DNA of 46,937 nucleotides, filler included, from Catajapyx aquilonaris (lineage: Eukaryota), in NCBI GenBank assembly GCA_000934665.2. It is 2 parts of 2 records of this genome, joined end to end, with 100 filler letters (N's around TTAATTAATTAA, not from the genome) between each part and the next. Parts side by side here need not be neighbours in the genome. Positions count along the whole stretch, not along the records: positions 23,515 to 46,937 come from KZ539399.1; 1 more part is not named here. One strand, given 5' to 3'. Shown piece after piece: positions 27,407 through 38,981 of the stretch (position 1 is its first letter; each line of letters begins with the position of its first letter). The translations under genes and the position numbers were made by a program. Under the pieces are notes generated by a model that was given only the letters and a program-made list of their open reading frames with translations, did not search any database and had not been told where the DNA came from.

Positions 27407-28294
27407 GACCATGATCCCCACTACATACCGGCATGCCAGTATAACCACCAGAAAATAATTTTCAAAAATCTGTTCACCCCCGATCTCGACAGCAAGCTGC
27501 TCTATGCACGAAAATATACTGCCTGTTCTGGGCTTGAAAGTCAGGAATGAGTTTTTTTTTTTTAACACCCACATAAGAGGCTATGTACTCTCCAGAATTG
27601 TAATTTTAATGATTATGCCAGTGATGCATAATGTCCAAAGTTTTGAATCGTGCATTATTCACCGGCACTAATATTAAATAACATTGATGTTGGTTGCACA
27701 ATGCGACAACACTTCAATAGTGGGCACTTACATGGGGAAAATGAATAAGCACACTTAGATTTTATTAGTTAGTTTTACAGTTAGTGAACAATGTCTCATC
27801 AAAAATGGGACATTATCTACCATTGCCATAAAAATTGGAATTACTCTAGTAGTCTAATAGAAGGTTCCTACCACCTTCTGTGGCCATTTAAAACACGAAA
27901 AATGGCACACTCACAACTTTCAAGCCCAGATTTTCACAGATTGGAAAACAGACAAGTAGTTTGAGTTTCAACAACAACAACAACACCATCACGACATTTC
28001 CATATAAGGGGTAGTCAGCGATGACGGGAGCCACAAGAGGTTGAGTTTCAGATTTTTCATTTATCATCAGGAACAACTTCCATTAAAAATAATCATGGTA
28101 CACCACAAAATTGATTGTGGAGCAGATCCTTACACTATTAGACCCTGCAGCCTTTCTCCCCGACCATAAGGATATTTCACTTCCACAAATATCAAGCGAA
28201 AAAACCTACACCTTAAAGCTTTCCTCTCCTCTCCCTCTCCCTCTCTCTCTGTTGAAAACCTGCCCTCACAAAATACATCATTTCCAATATTTAA

Positions 28295-28786
28295 AGGAAG
28301 GGTTCAGTGATTTTGCATGTTGAGCTCCAAAAATCAAACACGACTCCCTGATTTGAAATATCCGATCCGTTTTGTTGGCAAATGCACCATAAGCGTAAAA
28401 TTTCAATTCAAAGTTGATTTTTTTGAAAATCAGCGCCGAACACGGGTTCCCTCTAGCCACAAGAGTGGAAGCTTCGATGCAGCGGTCGAAGCTTCCACTC
28501 TTGTGGCTCGAGGGAACCCGTGTCCCGTGAAAAGATGAAAAAATGGGCTCCGAGCAGGCTCCGAGACTAAGCCAATCTCATTGGCCACGGTGGTGGCAGG
28601 TTACCGGAATTTCCGCGGGAGGCGCTGGCTGTACGCTTACCGTATCGAATACAGTAGCGGATATGGACTTTCACCTGACGGCATTTGTTTACGCAGCGTC
28701 AGATTCCAAAACTGACCACATTTTTGGAATCAGGGAGTCTTCCTTGATCTCTGAAGCCCAACATGCAAAATCACTGAACCCTTCCT
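28295..28786. mobile_element. Kolobok-like MITE with TTAA TSD
   Basis: TTAA|AGGAAGGGTTCAGTGATTTTGCATGTTG...CAACATGCAAAATCACTGAACCCTTCCT|TTAA; internal hairpin at 28440-28523. Confidence 0.9.
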
Positions 28787-28975
28787 TTAAAGCATACATG
28801 ATTTCCTTATGAGCAGTAACTGGACAGTTAATGTACAGCACACCTCTACTTATTTGTAACCCCACATCTAATAACAACTTCCATTGTAACAATAAAACTA
28901 AATAAACACATGGAATTGTATCAAGTGACTACAAGTGAATTGTAGCAAAGTATGTAAATAAGTAAAGTCTCCTAC

Positions 28976-29315
28976 CTTTGGTCCTGGCTGAACTTCCTCC
29001 TCCCCCACCACCCTTCCTACTTCTTCCTATCCCCTTCCCTTTCCTCTTTGGTGGAGAGACAAGCATCCTCTGTGGGAACAGACTTTGGTGCTGCTGGTGT
29101 AGTAACTGCTGGTGTGGGGTTCGCTGCAGGTGCTGGTGTTGTGCCATGGCTGAAATTGCCGGCGCTCCTCCCTCTCGCTTTCTCATCCCGTTGGGTACAA
29201 CAACTTCTGCCTCCTCAATGAACTCTCCTTTGATGTCAGTGCTTGGGATGAGAATGATCTCATTTCCTACAAGGGGCTTTACATCCTCCTGCACTGCATC
29301 ATCATCCTCCACTAC
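28976..29315 (-). CDS. Coding exon 3 of the - strand gene (VVEDDDAVQEDVKPLVGNEIILIP...QHQH..PPKRKGKGIGRSRKGGGGGGSSARTK)
   Basis: tgttacag| acceptor, |gtagga donor; 340 nt, phase 0-1; acidic, Q/H-rich and basic NLS-like segments. Confidence 0.88.
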
Positions 29316-29760
29316 CTGTAACATGGATAAGATGATTTGCATATCAAGCAACATTTCAAACACCCTTAGTGAATATATAAAAATGAGTTGCACTCTAGGC
29401 TAATCCTTTTGTTACCATTGTGCATATTCAGGGTGGTCCAACTTGGAAAGAACACTGATTACAAAAATCCCCCTTTTTTCTTATTCTCAAAAGCAAAAAA
29501 GTACTACATTTATTACACATTACATGCAACTGCACTGTCCTCTTATGGGGTAAACTAAATTCAGAAGCTAGTTACTTCAATCCTGGCCATATAACTTTGG
29601 GTCATTATTGAGGACCATTGACATTTTTAGCAGAAAAATGGCAGGTCAGACAATGAAGGGTTAGGTCGGCTCAATAAGGCTGAACCAGTATGCAATTAAT
29701 AATAACAACAACAACCCATGACAGGCCTCTGCCCTCTTAGGGGATCCTCTTTTAGTTCAC

Positions 29761-30316
29761 AAAGGAAATGGTAGGGATCTTATGGGAAAAGTTGAGCCAG
29801 ATGGATTTGGATGAAACTTGGTCAGGTGATAGACCTTGACATTAGGGTCAATTGTTCTGAAGGACAAAGAAAATCTACTGTGTCGTTTGGCTGCTAGAGG
29901 CGCTCAAAGTCGGACTTTCAAGTGGTTCCTATCGGGCTCATTTTCACATATGTTGTCGAGTCTCATGAGCTGAGTGTGAGTTGAACGAGCCACATGGCGA
30001 TTTTCTGTGACAAACCATTTGGCCACTAGACACACATCGAGTTCAACATTGGACCTTGTAGTGGGATTATAAGTGCAACATAACAATAACTGCCAAATGG
30101 TTTGTCACAGAAAATCAACATATGGCTCATTCGACTCAGCTCATGAAACTCTACAACATATGTGAAAATGAATTAGATAGAAACCACTTGAAAGTCCGAC
30201 TTTGAGCGCCTGTATCAGCCAAACGATACAGTAGATTTTCTTCGTCCTGACCAAGTTTCATCCAAATCTATCTGGCTCAACTTTTCTAATTAAAAAAGAA
30301 CACCACCATGTCCTTT
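29761..30316. mobile_element. Long foldback MITE with ~250-bp inverted arms
   Basis: GAAAAGTTGAGCCAGA..GAAACTTGGTCAGG and GCGCTCAAAGTCGGACTTTCAAGTGGTT..GTGACAAACCATTTGG each have an inverted partner; outer ends are degenerate. Confidence 0.85.
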
Positions 30317-30339
30317 ATTAATTCCCCATGACGCAGATG

Positions 30340-30492
30340 GATTTTGATTTTGGGAGGAAACAGACCTCCTAGAAAACCCATGCACAACGAGGCACCTTCA
30401 AAACTCTTCTCACATGAGAAAGTTCTATCATACTCTGGATCAAACTTGAGACCTCAGTAGTGGAAGGCTGGGACACTAACCACTACACCATC
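30340..30492 (-). mobile_element. Old tRNA-derived SINE
   Basis: Minus strand reads GATGGTGTAGTGGTTAG (A box) ... AGTTTGATCC (decayed B box), followed by a GGGTTTTCT..GG body. Confidence 0.5.
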
Positions 30493-30545
30493 ATGATGCC
30501 TGTGGACCTGTACACAATTTTTGCATGCACTGTTTTTATGTCAAT

Positions 30546-30766
30546 GAGTGCGTTTACATGGGACTAAAAATCGGCCTAGCTACGGGCCACCTATGCTAGG
30601 CGAACCGGTTTACTCCCATGTAGCCGCTGGGCCTACGATAGACCGGCCTTATCTGAGCCGTTGTCGGGCGCAGCTCAAGCCTTTTGGATCGGGTGGTCTA
30701 CCTAAGGCGATGGCCTTGCTTAGGAAGCATGGGTCAGACAATTTTTAGTCCCATGTAAACGCACTC
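30546..30766. mobile_element. Harbinger-like MITE
   Basis: Perfect 26-bp TIR GAGTGCGTTTACATGGGACTAAAAAT; the 3-bp flanks are imperfect (AAT/CAT). Confidence 0.85.
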
Positions 30767-30904
30767 CATATCTCATCCAACTTCCCTCTATACAGGGCAG
30801 CTGGGCTTGGGCTTTACAACCTAAAATGTTGGCCCCTAAATACGTGTGGGCCTCAGTAATGACCCTATAAGATGGCCAATCATCAATATAATTACAGAAT
30901 GTTT

Positions 30905-31198
30905 TATAGGCGGCAGCCCTCCGAGAATGCACGTCTAGCACCTCCCACTTTTCAAATGCTCCAAGGAGTACCAAGTGAAGCGAACACTATCTCATTAAAA
31001 ACACTCCACTGCCAAAGGAAATATTACTCAGGTACTTGGGCTTTTTATTTGTAAATTGATATTGAGATGTGATGCACTTTTGTGCGTAATTGTTTTATAA
31101 AGTAACAACATTCTTTCAAAAACGTCCTCATCTGGCAACCTGGAAATTTGAACAGTGGGAGGTGCTAGACGTGCATTCTCGGAGGGCCGCCGCCTATA
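30905..31198. mobile_element. MITE with ~45-bp TIRs
   Basis: TATAGGCGGCAGCCCTCCGAGAATGCACGTCTAGCACCTCCCACT and its near-perfect reverse complement. Confidence 0.9.
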
Positions 31199-31303
31199 TT
31201 ATAGGAGAATGTGGTCCCCATGCCAGAAGTTTTATGTAACACTGACACATGTCTGAAACCAAATTAAAACAAATAGCCCTTGCTAACTTCATGAAAACTT
31301 TTT

Positions 31304-31540
31304 GGGGCATGGTAGTCTAGTGGCTATGCTACTGGCTAGCCAAGCGGGAGGTCCGGGGTTCTAATCCTGTCCCCGTCACCTCTGCTTGGTCTGGTCTTTT
31401 TCCGCTTTTCATCCGACATGTCCGGGCAGATTTGCACTCCCTTCTCTGCCCATGGCCAAGAGAAAAGGTCTGGTGTTTATGAGGGTCTGCAATTACTAGA
31501 AACTACTTAAGAGTGCCCTCCCTTGGGAACCTCCCCTTTC
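31304..31540 (+). mobile_element. tRNA-derived SINE, older copy of the 36982 family
   Basis: TGGTAGTCTAGTGG A box and GGTTCTAATCC B box; body aligns with 36982-37220; tail absent. Confidence 0.85.
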
Positions 31541-31619
31541 CTACACACCCGTGGACCAGGGTGTTGCGACAAAACATACTATATGTAAAAATCTTAAAAA
31601 TTAATAAAGGTCCGTGTAA

Positions 31620-32937
31620 AGGTGCGTTCACATATATGCAATTTTGCTCAAAAGCGAGCGAATTTCTGCTTTCAGCTTATTCGCGTCTGGCCAAAGGCAT
31701 TCACGTATCGGTGATTTTCTCTTTGACGCGAGCAAATTTTGGTCACTCACACGACTAAACTAAAAATCGCGCTCCTCTGGCAGAGCCAGATAGAAGTTAT
31801 TTTTTGACACGAGCAAAGGACGAGGCACAAAATATATGGGCGAGTGGCCTTCCGTTCGATTTGCCTGAAAATTGGATACGTTGCAGCCCAGGCCATCCTG
31901 ATCAATGTTGGATAGGAACATTTCGAGGTGGGACCTACAGGGAGCATGCTAATTGCTATTCATCGAAGAGGCTAGAAGACTGCTGTGACAGAAACCTCAC
32001 TTCCTTACATTGACCCAATGAATGTTGAAGTGCAGCTGGAGGAAACTCCAGATGACAACCTTCAAGGAGTAGAATTTGAACCAGATTAATAGGTAATAAA
32101 GATTAATAGATAATTTAATGCAATAACCATTGAGTTCCTGGAGACAAGATTATTGTAGTCTACTACTCCCCCTATTACCTTCGGAGGTCATTAGCATGCT
32201 CCCTGTAGGTCCTACCTCGAAATGTCCCTATCCAACATTGATCAGGATGGTCTGGGCTGCAACATATCTAATTTTCAGCCAAATCGAATGAAAAATCAGA
32301 TCATATTCCATATGACCTTCGGAGGTCAATAGCATGCTCCTTGTAGGTCCTACCTCGAAATGTCCATCTAACATTGATCAGGATGCTCTGGGCTACAACA
32401 TATCCAATTTTCAGGCAAATCGAACGGAAGGCCACTCGCCCATATATTTTGTGCCTCGTCCTTTTCGAGCTGGTTCGAGCCACCCAGCGCCACCACGCGG
32501 CCTTGTCGGCCTTCCTCGGCCATGTTAGGAATGCGGATGCCCAAGCTCGAAAGTTACCTATTTTTTTGTCGTAAACTCCCGACCCGGCCAGCCTCTGCAC
32601 CATGTCCAGCTCTTGCCCAACTTGGTGCACTGTGACCTGGACGCCCTTCCGAGGTCGGTTCAGCAGCATTTCACTGCCATGCCGGCTGCCTCCGCAGCAC
32701 TGGGCTCCACCATCTTTCTCAGCCTGCCCACACGACCCCGACCCCGTCCTCCCTCCTACCTGCCCTGCTGCACAGCGCATGCTCCATAACTAACAAGTAA
32801 GTTTTATCACATAGTGAAAACGTGAATGCCTGGAAAATTTTCCAAATATTCACATCGATTCGTGAAGTAAAAGACACGAAAAAGCAAAACCTGATAATTG
32901 TTCGCAAGTGTTTATTCGCGTATATGTGAACGCACCT
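31620..32937 (-). mobile_element. Non-autonomous PIF/Harbinger element with a MADF/Myb-like ORF remnant
   Basis: TAA|AGGTGCGTTCACATA...TATGTGAACGCACCT|TAA; minus-strand peptides VYDKKIGNFR..KAAWWRWVA and RVKK*LLSGSA. Confidence 0.8.
31815..32464. mobile_element. Foldback element nested in the Harbinger relic, with a partly duplicated right arm
   Basis: 31815-31950 is inverted relative to 32330-32464 and also to 32190-32290. Confidence 0.85.
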
Positions 32938-33333
32938 TAATACCTCAAATGAGGTCCGCACTACCCATTATAATAGTTTAAACACTGATTTAGACAATCA
33001 AATGTAAAAAGCAACCACTTCATCAGTTCTTGGTAAAAATCCTGGTCATATATCATGGGCAAGCTTTATTAGTACATTTATCTTCAAGAACTTGTGCCAA
33101 CTGTTACGATGCTGAGGGGAACTGGCCAAAGAAGTCAGAATCAAGTCACAAATTATGAGATTATGAAAGTTCATTCATTCATTACATCACGGCATAATCC
33201 CAGAAATGGGGTAACCAGCGACTACTAGGGGAAAAATAAATAAATTATGAAAGTGATCCATATAAATATGGGATCTAGGTACTCGGGCAGACAAGAATAG
33301 TAGGATAAGCACTAAGGTATAATGGTAACATAC

Positions 33334-33717
33334 CTCAACACTCTGCTCAACAATCATCTCCCCATCTCCTTCCATGATGACCTCACCAATATCTCCTACA
33401 GTGTTCAATAGGTCTGGAGAATGCATCAGTGGAACAGTCCCAGGCTTCATTGCTACAAACTCAGTCTGCCCTGAGTCAGAGGAGAGGACAAATGTGGACT
33501 GACTTGTAGGGGACAGGTCACGAAAAGCCTCATCTTCTTCCAGGTACTCATCTGCCTCCAGAATCACACTGTCTGTGAGCACCACCTCTCCAGCCCCTGA
33601 GATACTATCCTCACTTGTCACCACCTCCTCTATCACACCCTGAGTAATGTCAGCCCAGGGGGAGGGCGGGGGAGAGCAAGGAAACAATGCCTCATTAGTG
33701 CAACGGGCATTCAAGCT
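33334..33717 (-). CDS. Coding exon 2 of the - strand gene, acidic (SLNARCTNEALFPCSPPPSPWADITQGVIEEVV...EMIVEQSVE)
   Basis: tttgtctttcag| acceptor, |gtatgt donor; 384 nt = 128 codons, phase 0-0. Confidence 0.9.
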
Positions 33718-35379
33718 CTGAAAGACAAAGTGGGTGTTAGTCAAGAGTGTTAATAAAAGAGTTCCAAAAAGAGTGTTACTGCTTCGCTGAGACTTAAACA
33801 GCTCGAAACTCAAGACACTTCTAACTACACATGACTACACTTGCACGTACATGTGCAGATATTTTTTCAATGATAGTATTTAATGTTGGTCAGTCAAACA
33901 ATGCTGAATAACTCTTGTCCCAGCAGAAATCCTCCATCAACCAAAAAATTAGTGACCTGCATTACTGCCATTCAAGTATAACTCAAGACTAGTTAGTGTT
34001 AATCAGGCAATGTCAGACCACCAGGGAAAAGAATAATTCAAGGTGTAATAACATAGCTAGGAATTGGTGCCTCCAAGTGCTTCATTCAGGGCAGTCTTTT
34101 GGGTCGACAATTAGATTGAGTACATTTTCCATGAAATAGGAGTGTAAACCTAACAATTTTGAACTAGTCACAAGGGTTGTCAGTCTTGCAAGACACAAAT
34201 ACATGAATGTGAACTGGATGAGACAGTTTTGCCTGAGTGGTGGAAGCCATCCCTGCCAAATAATTAGGTCAAGGTATCGAGTTTTCCCCCAGTACTTTCA
34301 CTTTGCAAATGGCAAGTTGTAATCCTAGCAGAATTCATCTGGCTAATTTTAGTCACTTCTTCTAGTTAGAAAATAGTTCTCCTTCCCAATTATATTTCGA
34401 TAAAAAGGTGACACACAATAAGAAAATCACTTGGGGAGTGGTTTTCAATCAGTGTTCCAAAAAGACACTCATAGTTATCACTCATTTTTTTTAGCTTCAG
34501 AGCAAAGTACCAAGTGCAGCATGACAGTTTTTAAAATGGCATAGGGTTTATTGTAGAGAATCTGCACTCAATTGTTGAAGGTGTTCCCAATCTCGCAAGA
34601 ATTTGTCCTAGTGAAAGTGTGAATTAACCTCATTGGTCCTTTGAACCCAGGGACAAATAGGGTTTGAGAATGGGCTTCTAGTTCATGCTTTCTCTGCGGC
34701 AGTTTCTCGTGAGCTTCGGATCACACCTTGATAGGCCTTGTCTTCCTGTGCCTTGGGTGGCCATTTTGTGACAGAGAGTATTGAGTGTGGGCTATCCAGT
34801 GATAATGTGTGCATACAGTTTGTTTCAAGATCAAGGTCCTTTTTGTCACTACAGTTTTTGCCCAAAGTCAAATATATACCAGCTGCTATATTCAACCACA
34901 CCTGGGAATAATTGGGCACCTCAATCAGGGCCCAAAAAGCTACACAAAAATGACACCTTCAGGAAATTTGCAACAACTAAATGGACCCAAGTACTTGGAA
35001 CAAACTATATTTTGACTGCCCTGCTTGTTTTCATTCATTCTGTGTGCTCCTATTCCCATAGATTGTAGAAAATTGGGGCCGGGAGATAAGAAAAGGTGGC
35101 TGTGATAGCTTATGCAACTGAGATGGGAAATAAAATGTCACATGTAAAGTGAGCTGCTATTGCCTACTACCCTTACTCCATAGTGCACAAGTACATCCCG
35201 ATATTCAAAATGGTGCTCAGAAGAAGCAAGCATTGTAAAATCAATCATGGAAATCATCAATCAAGTGTATAGATAAGTGATTAACCCTTAGAACTGCAAG
35301 AGAGGTAGTCTGAGCTTATGCATAACAATCAGATCATTGTGCCATTTTTTGTGATAAACCCAAAAGATAAACCCATTAA

Positions 35380-35497
35380 AGGCTGTTTCACGAGGTCGCG
35401 ATTCTGCCCGCTGCTGCGGTTGCGACCTGCGCACCGTGCCATTAGCGCAGTTCGCAACCGCAGCGGCGGACGGAATCGCGACCTCGTGAAACAGCCT
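35380..35497. mobile_element. 118-bp palindromic Harbinger-type MITE
   Basis: TAA|AGGCTGTTTCACGAGGTCGCGATTC...GAATCGCGACCTCGTGAAACAGCCT|TAA; almost entirely self-complementary. Confidence 0.92.
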
Positions 35498-35699
35498 TAA
35501 GTCACTTTTATTTTAATTCAGTTACTTTTACAAAAAGATGGGAGCATAATATCATGGGCGTAAAAGTTAAATCAATTAAGTCCAAATAACCTGTTTCAAG
35601 ATAATCAAAGGCCAATATCTGGCCTTGACCTTGTTCACATGCTGTAGTAAATAGAGAAAATCCTGGCTTCCTGGCTCCGTATCCATCTTTAGGACTGTA

Positions 35700-36455
35700 C
35701 AGAGTGAAGGGAAACTCGCAGACAATTGCCAGGTAAACTTATAGTACTCGCAAAACTACTATAGGGATGTGCAATTAGTTTTTGGCTACGTTGCGTAGTT
35801 AATGCGTATGGCAGCCTTCAAGTGTAGAGGGCCGGATGGTGGAATATGAGGCAAAAACGACTAAGTGCATGGGTGTCGTACCCGGATTCCTACTCTGATG
35901 GGATTTGATCACTTTTTGCACATGGACGGGGTGTTAGGGGACCAAGGCAAGAGACCGGATGCCCTCAAACTGCCTTTTGCTTCTTAGAAGCCGGCGAAAC
36001 GGACGTGACATCATGAAACTTTGGCGCCGCCGTGTTCATTAACTTTTCAGTGGGGCTTAACGTCGGCCTATTTCTGTCGCAAGGCTCAACACCGACGCCA
36101 GGGGGTGGTCCTCCTCCTCCTCCTCCTCCTCCTCCTGGAAATCTGTTCACTCTGGGGATCTTTAACGTGCACTCGTGCAATGTCACAAGCACACGGGACC
36201 GACGGCTTTACTTCCCCTCCGAAGGAAGGCGCACTCTCATTTTTCTACCACCCGGAGAAAAGTCACCAACGTTGGTCGAGTTCAAACCCACACCCTTGGG
36301 AACAGAGGCAAGCGCGCTAACCTGTCCACCAGTCCACCGGCGCCAGCTCGCATTAACTATGCAACGGATCCCAAAACTAATTGCACATCCCTATATTAGT
36401 TTTACGAGTACTTTCAGTCTACCTGGCGATTGTCTGCGAGTTTCCCTTCACCCTG
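35700..36455. mobile_element. Tc1/mariner-type MITE with ~110-bp TIRs, containing a SINE
   Basis: TA|CAGAGTGAAGGGAAACTCGCAGACAAT...ATTGTCTGCGAGTTTCCCTTCACCCTG|TA. Confidence 0.88.
36040..36342 (-). mobile_element. tRNA-derived SINE with a Nin/Deu-like core
   Basis: Minus strand: tRNA-like head (GGTGG..GGTTAGC ... GGGTTTGAACTC), then CCTTCGGAGGGGAAGTAAAGCCGTCGGTCCCGTG..GCACGTTAAAGATCCC; internal (GGA)n run. Confidence 0.8.
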
Positions 36456-36981
36456 TATAAACTTCACCAGGCGATACACCGCCTTCTTCACTCCGTCCAG
36501 CACACAGCGCGGGGGTTTCGCCCCAGGGTGACCTCCCCACCCTCCGAACTGAGCTCTGCGAGGGTCTGGCACCGTAGGCACCAGGAATAGGACGGTTGCT
36601 AACAACAACGAAGCATTTTACGACCATGCCGGGGCGTGTTCTATATCATCATTCTTGCCTTCATTTCACGTTGCGTGAGGTCAACATTTCTGTAGGACAT
36701 AGTGACGTCACCATGTCCTACCGAAAAAAACGCTAATAGCTCCGGAACTGAAACTGATTTCTTAAAACGGAATACGCCAAAAAATCCAAAAAACATAGCC
36801 AAATTTATGTAGTAGTTTCCAAAATGTAGGCTAGGACCCCTTGGTTAAGTTGCACAATCTGAACTAATACAAAAATTTGTATTGGACCTCCATCAATTAA
36901 GCACAATGGTCTCAGTACCCATTTAAAGAGGGGCATCACACTGCATAAACCACTTATGTCCAAATATTAACTTAAATAAAA

Positions 36982-37247
36982 GGGAGGTGTGGTAGTCTAG
37001 TGGTTATGCCGCTGGCTAGCCAAGCGCGAGGCCCAGGTTCAAATCCCGTCCCCGTCACCTCTGCTTGGCCGGGTCTTTTTCCGCTTTTCACCCGACACGC
37101 CGGGGCAGCATTGCACTCCCTTAGCTGCCCGGGGCCAGAGAAAAGGTCTGGTGTATCTGAGAGAGTCGTGAGTGACTATAAACCGAGGATGCCCCCCCTT
37201 GGGAACCTTCCCCTCCCCCCAAAACGAGCCGAATGGCTCGAGCACGG

Positions 37248-37286
<39 letters not shown>
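36982..37286 (+). mobile_element. Young full-length tRNA-derived SINE with (TAA)n tail and 16-bp TSD
   Basis: A box TGGTAGTCTAGTGG, B box GGTTCAAATCC, TAA tail from 37250; TSD AATATTAACTTAAATA at 36963-36978 and 37287-37302. Confidence 0.95.
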
Positions 37287-37290
<4 letters not shown>

Positions 37291-37415
37291 TTAACTTAAA
37301 TATATGTCATTTTTAACAACATGACACTAAATATTGGGAGAATTATCGGTAAATGTGCAGAAAGCGACATTCTGATAAATATCAGTCATTCCAATATGAT
37401 CAATAGTATGCTGTA

Positions 37416-37817
37416 CAGTACCCTGCATTAATGGCCATGCACAGACACCACCATCTGGCGGGAAAGAGTGGAAGTAGATGAAGTTGGCTGCGTCCAAAAT
37501 ACTTGGGACAGCTCAAGGCTTCTCACGAGTCCGCTCAAGGCTGCTCAAGACATCACGGTGGATTAACAGGCATTCACGTGGTACGTGTAATAACTGGTTC
37601 ACAACCTCAATACATTGATAGGAATCGCAATGGCCTTATAATATTCATCCCACAGATATTCTGTGATCCGCTGTGATCCATCTTTGTAGCAAGCGTTTGA
37701 ATCAACCGCGATATCTTGAGCTGTCCAAGTATTTTGGACGCAGTCCACCGGCGCCTCATTCCGCTCGTTCTTGGACAGATGGCGATGTCTGTGCATGGCC
37801 ATTAATGCAGGGTACTG
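37416..37817. mobile_element. pogo/Tigger-like MITE nested in an older inverted-repeat element (~37347-37992)
   Basis: TA|CAGTACCCTGCATTAATGGCCATGCACAGACA...TGTCTGTGCATGGCCATTAATGCAGGGTACTG|TA; outer arms ATGTGCAGAAAGCGA..CTGATAAATATC and their reverse complement. Confidence 0.9.
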
Positions 37818-38861
37818 TACCAACCTAACCTATAAGCCTAACCTTCCTTCATTGCGGATACACGCCTATCTTTCAGCGGATACATGAATATTGTAATTGA
37901 TTGTAATATTGTCGTACTAACAGAAACTGATAATCGATAATTTATCGATATTCCGATATTTATCAGAATATCGCTTTCTGCACATTAACCGAATTATCTG
38001 TTATTGTTACATAAAAAAAGACTGTGAATGCTCTTGTACAATTTATGGGCATGCTGAAATGTTAAAATACTCCCAAATTCACAATGTTCTGACCATTACA
38101 CATCAACACAGACTGTTATTTCTGTAATTCCACCTTCCATTTTTGCAATAAGATTTATCATACACCATTTGCATCAACTAATCAAGTACAACTACAGATT
38201 TGCAATCCACCTTGCTAGCATCATGTAACAAAAATATTTCTGTACTAATCTCTTCGTTTTTTTCTTGCAGTCCACTAACAATGTTCTTGTGATTGTCAAT
38301 ACCACGTATACTTGCATTGGTCTAGAAAAACACAACTGGCCATTTGTTCCCTACATTTGGCAGCATGTAGAAGCAACAATGTTTTCTCTTCTGTACCCAA
38401 TCAAAGGAAACGGGAGCAATTTTTTCGCTTTAGTATGCATTATTGGGATAGTCAAAACTCACCACAATTATTGCTCGACTCCACTTCTGCCAGTTCTGTG
38501 TCCATTTTTAAAGCTTTTCTTGCAATGGCAGAAGTTATTTTTAATTTGATGCTATAATTTTAAGGCATGACACTAGCAGAACTGTCAGCTAACAAAAAAC
38601 ACATTTCTCCATGAAATTTGCAATTGTCATATTAGCTCCTATCAAGTTGCACACCAATATTCAAAATTTTACCTATTATTATCTATACAATGATGTATAA
38701 TAACCAGGCATAAATGGAGCATCCATCGGTTATAAAATACTGATTATCTTTTAAATATGTAAACAAAGTGCAAAAACCCAACAATAAAAAGATCAAGCCA
38801 CAGGCATTGAGAACATATCTAGCAACAGATGATGTGACATAATTATTTGATAACAATTTAC

Positions 38862-38981
38862 CTCATGCTCAAAGGACATGATCCCTCTGACAACTGGGGA
38901 TGTTATGAAGTTTCCATCAGGAGTCATATCTAGGTGGACCATGGTAACCACGTCCTGACTCGCGACAGAATCATCCATCAT
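38862..38981 (-). CDS. Probable first coding exon of the - strand gene (MMDDSVASQDVVTMVHLDMTPDGNFITSPVVRGIMSFEHE); the exon begins at 39012
   Basis: aacccccag| acceptor at 39012, |gtaaat donor, phase-0 end matching exon 2. The start ATG is inferred; the frame is also open back to 39012. Confidence 0.75.

Noticed and set aside
28978..29403. Cys-rich + strand ORF (and antisense ORFs at 15957-16324 and 16991-17347)
   Set aside because: Antisense shadows of real exons.
36982..37060. tRNA gene (also at 31304, 36342, 43803 and 30492)
   Set aside because: A and B boxes are present, but they continue into a SINE body (with tail and TSD in the 36982 copy) and lack a proper acceptor stem.
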